Shown piece by piece: positions 34,021-34,839 of a stretch of 34,839 nucleotides of DNA. The notes under the pieces are model-generated. The model ran no database searches and was not told the origin of the DNA. It saw only the letters and a program-made list of their open reading frames with translations. The stretch is from NCBI GenBank assembly GCA_021813965.1, contig JAKAJB010000001.1, forward strand, positions 1 through 34,839, in the 5' to 3' direction. Origin of the DNA: a bacterium. GTDB lineage: Bacteria > Patescibacteriota > Minisyncoccia > Phycocordibacterales > Phycocordibacteraceae. The position numbers and the translations under genes were made by a program. Within the stretch, counting starts at the first letter, position 1, and each line of letters opens with the position of its first letter.

Positions 34021-34839
34021 ATGGCAAAAATACTAGGTATCGATTTGGGAACCACGAATTCGGCGATGGCTATCGTCGAGGGCGGTGAGCCGCGCGTCCT
34101 CGAGAACGCGGAGGGTGCCCGCACGACCCCGTCCATCGTCGCGATAGGGAAGACCGGCGAGCGCATCGTCGGCACGCTGGCCAAGCGCCAGTCGGTGACC
34201 AACCCGCTCAACACGATCTTCCAGATCAAGCGCTTCATCGGCCACAGCTTCGACGAACCGGAAGTGCAGAAGGACAAGGCTGTCGTGCCTTTCGAGATGC
34301 GCAAGGGCGAGACCGGCGGCATCGAGGTGAAGATGAACGACAAGTGGTATCGCCCGGAGGAGATCTCGGCGATGATCCTCGGCAAGCTCAAGGCCGACGC
34401 TGAGGCGAAGCTCGGCGAGAAGATCACGCAGGCGGTCATCACCGTCCCGGCCTACTTCAACGACGACCAGCGCTCTGCGACCAAGGCCGCCGGCCAGATC
34501 GCCGGCCTCGAGGTGCTCCGCATCATCAACGAGCCGACGGCCGCGGCACTCGCCTACGGATTCAATAAGAAGAAGGATGAGAAGATCGCCGTCTTCGACT
34601 TCGGCGGCGGCACGTTCGACATCTCGATACTCGAAGTGGGCGGCGACGTCATCGAGGTGAAGAGCACCGACGGCGACGCACACCTCGGCGGCAAGGACCT
34701 CGACCAGAAGATCATCAACTGGCTCGCGGACGAGTTCAAGAAGGAGAGCGGCATCGACGTGCGCGGCGACGCGCTCGCGCGCCAGCGCCTCGACGAAGCG
34801 GCGGAGAAGGCAAAGATCGAGCTCTCAAGCGCGATGGAA
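34021..34839 (+). CDS. dnaK: Molecular chaperone DnaK (Hsp70), 5' partial; runs off the window
   Basis: My translation is [41 protein letters not shown]..., with later motifs [10 protein letters not shown]-like [15 protein letters not shown]. It is missing from the ORF track because no stop falls in the window. Confidence 0.97.
   Translation, partial: MAKILGIDLGTTNSAMAIVEGGEPRVLENAEGARTTPSIVAIGKTGERIVGTLAKRQSVTNPLNTIFQIKRFIGHSFDEPEVQKDKAVVPFEMRKGETGGIEVKMNDKWYRPEEISAMILGKLKADAEAKLGEKITQAVITVPAYFNDDQRSATKAAGQIAGLEVLRIINEPTAAALAYGFNKKKDEKIAVFDFGGGTFDISILEVGGDVIEVKSTDGDAHLGGKDLDQKIINWLADEFKKESGIDVRGDALARQRLDEAAEKAKIELSSAME

Overview
This is a gene-dense, high-GC window with about 45 genes, and all but two are on the + strand. 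The content is almost entirely housekeeping. In order it holds:
- a SWIB-domain gene (- strand);
- a complete F-type ATP synthase operon (atpB-E-F-H-A-G-D-C);
- small membrane proteins, ychF and leuS;
- a sigma-region-4/HARE-HTH protein, an orphan membrane protein and mltG;
- a tightly overlapped seven-gene block from mnmA to ung that contains an ATP-cone/Mrr-like nuclease, a Cas4-like nuclease and an MGMT-like protein;
- an HD hydrolase and an M13 peptidase (- strand);
- alaS, followed by an actin-like plus bitopic-membrane gene pair;
- infA-rpmJ-rpsM-rpsK-rpsD-rpoA-rplQ, rplM-rpsI, an orphan gene, grpE and the 5' part of dnaK.

The shortened ATP synthase delta and epsilon subunits, the AlaRS lacking C-Ala, the scarcity of Shine-Dalgarno sites and the many anchored orphan proteins suggest a reduced-genome Patescibacteria/CPR-like bacterium. 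That placement is inference only. I saw no CRISPR array, transposase, integrase, rRNA or tRNA.

The most interesting signals are:
1. A roughly 100-nt four-helix structured element present three times in ATP synthase intergenic spacers. It is supported by compensatory base changes.
2. A Nudix-hydrolase domain of about 150 aa inserted in-frame into LeuRS.
3. An ATP-cone fused to a PD-(D/E)XK nuclease inside the mnmA-ung block.
4. A PilM/PilN-like two-gene module.
5. A 220-nt AT-rich patch inside alaS.
6. A recurrent TGnTAnnnT -10 box that sits 6-11 nt upstream of start codons, which implies leaderless mRNAs.

All protein calls rest on motifs I recognise by eye. No searches were run.
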